Positions 61,542 to 64,000 of a stretch of 64,000 bases of DNA are shown here, in pieces. The position numbers were made by a program, and so were the translations under genes. Numbering within the stretch: the first letter of the stretch is position 1; each line of letters begins with the position of its first letter. Under the pieces are notes generated by a model. That model saw only the letters and a list, made by a program, of their open reading frames with translations. It had not been told where the DNA came from and made no database searches. Where the stretch lies: assembly GCA_005882635.1 (NCBI GenBank), contig VBFG01000043.1, positions 1,192 through 65,191 on the forward strand. Direction: 5' to 3'. The stretch is from Chloroflexota bacterium (GTDB lineage Bacteria; Chloroflexota; Limnocylindria; Limnocylindrales; CSP1-4).

Positions 61542-64000
61542 GTGAGTCCCTCGTCCCGTCGGCGGCGTGTCGGCAGCCTCGCCGACGAGGCGCCGATCGA
61601 GGCTGGCACCCACATTTCCGATGCCCCGCCGGAGGCTGCGACCGTCGCGCCGGCAATGCCCGACTGGCTGCGCGAAGCTCCCCAACCGGGCGACCTGACG
61701 GACGAGCTGACCGCCGACGAGCGGCGCGCCCTCGAGGACGCCCAGCGGGCGGAGCGAACGACCCGGGCCGCTGCCCGCGCGCGAGAGATCGCCGGTCGCC
61801 TGAATCCCGAGCAGCAGCGCGCCGTGACCACGACCGAGGGCCCGCTCCTGATCCTCGCCGGCGCCGGATCCGGCAAGACGCGGGTGCTGGCCCACCGGAT
61901 CGCCTACCTGGTCGGCGTCAAGGACGTCCGGCCGTGGTCGGTCCTCGCCGTGACGTTCACCAACCGTGCCGCGGGCGAGCTGCGCGAGCGGATCATCAGC
62001 CTCGTCGGCGAGCCCGGGCGCGACGTCCAGGCCGGGACGTTCCACTCGCTGTGCGCGAGGGTCCTCCGCCGGGACGGCGAGGCGATCGGCATCGACCGGC
62101 GGTTCGTCGTCTACGACACCGAGGACCAGACGAGCCTGATGAAGCAGCTCCTCCGGGAGGAGGACCTGCCCCTGACCGGCGAGTTCCGCCCGAGCGCGGT
62201 GCTCGGCGCGATCAGCCGGGCGAAGAACGAGATGCTCGACGCAGCGTTCCTCCGCGAGAACGCCGTCAACCTCCACGAGCGGACGGTCGCCCGCCTCGCC
62301 GTCCGCTACGAGGAGCGTCTCCGCAAGGTCGGCGCGCTCGATTTCGACGACCTCCTGCTCAAGGCGGTCGAGCTGTTCGACCGGGCGCCGGAGGTCCTCG
62401 CCCGGTACCAGGATCGATGGCGCTACCTCCACGTCGACGAGTACCAGGACACGAACCGGCCGCAGTACCTGTGGATCCGGGCGCTGGCGGCGAAACACCG
62501 CAACCTCGCCGTCGTCGGCGACGACGACCAGTCGATCTATCGCTGGCGCGGCGCCGACATCCGCAACATCCTCGACTTCGAGCGGGACTACCCGGACGCG
62601 ACCGTCGTGAAGCTGGAGCGGAACTACCGCTCGACCCAGCTGATCCTCGACGCCGCCCACGCGGTCGTCTCGCGGAACACCGAGCGGACCGACAAGAAGC
62701 TCTGGACCGAGCGATCGGGCGGCGCCAAGATCCAGCGCTTCGAGGCGTACAACGAGGAGGAGGAGGCCGAGTGGATCGCCCGCCAGGTCGAGGGCCTGGT
62801 CGGCGGCCGCGGCTCGGTCCTGACGCGCCGCGCTGACGACGAAGACGCCGGGACGCTCCGCGCTCGCGACATCGCCGTCATGTACCGGATGAACGCCCAG
62901 TCCCGGGCGATCGAGGAATCGTTCCTCCGCTACGGGATCCGCTACCAGCTCGTCGGCGGGACGCGGTTCTACAGCCGGCGCGAGGTCAAGGACGCGCTGG
63001 CCTATCTGCGGGTCCTCCGGAGCGACGCGGACAGCGTCAGCTTCGAGCGGATCGTCAACGTCCCGGCGCGGGCGATCGGGGAGAAGACGATCGAGGCGAT
63101 CCGCGGCGCGTCGCTCCGCGGCGGGATCACGACGTGGGAGGCGATCGACGCTGCCGGCCGCGGGGAAGTCGAGGGGCTCACTCCTCGGGCACGGACGAAC
63201 CTCGCCGACTTCGCGGCGTTGATCCGTCGGCTCCGGTCAAGGGTCGGCGTGCTGACGCTCCCCGAGCTGCTCGACGAGACGCTCGAGGCGTCGGGCTACC
63301 GGGCGATGCTGGCCGACGGCTCCGAGGACGGCGAGGAACGCTGGGCCAACCTCCTCGAGCTGCGGTCGGTCACGACGCGCTACGACGACCTGACGCCCGA
63401 GGACGCCCTCGACCGGTTGCTCGAGGAGACCGCGCTCGTCGCCGACCAGGACTCCTACGAGGGCGACGCCGACGCGGTCACGCTGATCACCCTCCACGCG
63501 GCGAAAGGCCTCGAATTCCCGGTCGTCTTCATCGCCGGGCTCGAGGAGGGCGTGTTCCCTCACAGCCGGGCCCTCGACGACGAGAAGGAGCTCGAGGAGG
63601 AGCGCCGCCTCGCGTACGTCGGCATGACCCGGGCGATGCGCCGGCTGTACCTGTCGCACGCTTGGCGCCGGGCAACGTGGGGGATGGGCCAGGCCTCGCT
63701 GCCGTCGCGGTTCCTGCTCGAGATTCCCCCCGACCTGATGATCGGGCCGGACCTGAGCACCGGCGCGGCCGGCCTCGACGTCGACCTCGATCTCGCGTTC
63801 GGGGCGCGCGGCACGACCCGCTTCGGGCGGCCCTTGGGCGGCGCGGGCCGGAGCCCAGCTCAACAGCCTGCCTACCGGGAGGCGAGCGGCGTCCCCGGCG
63901 CTCCGCAGCCCGGCGAGCCATTCAGGCCGAGTCGCGACCTCGCGGCCCGCCGCGAGGCCTTCGAGGCGGGCGCCCGGTCCGGGTCGTTCGAACCGACGCC
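61542..64000 (+). CDS. pcrA: ATP-dependent DNA helicase PcrA/UvrD (3' end beyond window)
   Basis: Frame is open from 61518 to the window end. LNPEQQRAV, AGAGSGKTRVL, DEYQDTN, VGDDDQSIYRWRGA, TLHAAKGLEFPVVF and YVGMTRA motifs. GTG 61542 is the first start; an alternative ATG lies at 61656. Confidence 0.9.
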   Translation, partial: MSPSSRRRRVGSLADEAPIEAGTHISDAPPEAATVAPAMPDWLREAPQPGDLTDELTADERRALEDAQRAERTTRAAARAREIAGRLNPEQQRAVTTTEGPLLILAGAGSGKTRVLAHRIAYLVGVKDVRPWSVLAVTFTNRAAGELRERIISLVGEPGRDVQAGTFHSLCARVLRRDGEAIGIDRRFVVYDTEDQTSLMKQLLREEDLPLTGEFRPSAVLGAISRAKNEMLDAAFLRENAVNLHERTVARLAVRYEERLRKVGALDFDDLLLKAVELFDRAPEVLARYQDRWRYLHVDEYQDTNRPQYLWIRALAAKHRNLAVVGDDDQSIYRWRGADIRNILDFERDYPDATVVKLERNYRSTQLILDAAHAVVSRNTERTDKKLWTERSGGAKIQRFEAYNEEEEAEWIARQVEGLVGGRGSVLTRRADDEDAGTLRARDIAVMYRMNAQSRAIEESFLRYGIRYQLVGGTRFYSRREVKDALAYLRVLRSDADSVSFERIVNVPARAIGEKTIEAIRGASLRGGITTWEAIDAAGRGEVEGLTPRARTNLADFAALIRRLRSRVGVLTLPELLDETLEASGYRAMLADGSEDGEERWANLLELRSVTTRYDDLTPEDALDRLLEETALVADQDSYEGDADAVTLITLHAAKGLEFPVVFIAGLEEGVFPHSRALDDEKELEEERRLAYVGMTRAMRRLYLSHAWRRATWGMGQASLPSRFLLEIPPDLMIGPDLSTGAAGLDVDLDLAFGARGTTRFGRPLGGAGRSPAQQPAYREASGVPGAPQPGEPFRPSRDLAARREAFEAGARSGSFEPT

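Overview
Very GC-rich bacterial chromosome segment; third codon positions were about 85-92% G/C in the genes I checked by hand. It is almost entirely core metabolism, tightly packed, with pervasive 4-nt ATGA/GTGA start/stop overlaps. Gene style (split gcvPA/gcvPB, purS/purQ/purL, CIRCE-controlled groES-groEL, TTG/GTG starts) suggests a Chloroflexota- or Actinomycetota-like lineage; this is an inference I cannot test here. Order of content: MoxR-DUF58 module (-), aconitase (-), DUF2520-type oxidoreductase, NUDIX, glycine cleavage operon gcvT-H-PA-PB, ECF sigma plus zinc anti-sigma, and two complete Opp/Dpp-type ABC importers that converge stop-to-stop. Next come a four-gene overlapping operon (CN-hydrolase, nadE, rsmI, Ca2+/H+ antiporter), an atypical ssb (-) and a GGDEF/HD-GYP membrane protein (-). 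A 13.4-kb purine operon follows (purA, micro-ORF, purD-B-C-S-Q-L-F-M, fused purN-purH), then metG-tatD coupled to a 2,882-aa cyclic beta-1,2-glucan-synthase-like giant. The window ends with groES-groEL, a small secreted protein, a lipoprotein and a 3'-truncated pcrA/uvrD helicase. I found no rRNA, tRNA, CRISPR array, transposase, integrase or recognisable defence or toxin system. The best candidate for something undescribed is a 78-codon ORF built from three identical 17-aa repeats, nested between purA and purD by ATGA overlaps at both ends. Other oddities: an in-frame PurN-PurH fusion, the giant glucan synthase coupled to tatD, a MetRS whose HIGH signature reads GVHT, an SSB without the acidic C-terminal tip, and two genes whose conserved-looking N-termini lie upstream of any canonical start codon. 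All function calls rest on motifs recognised by eye; no database search was run.
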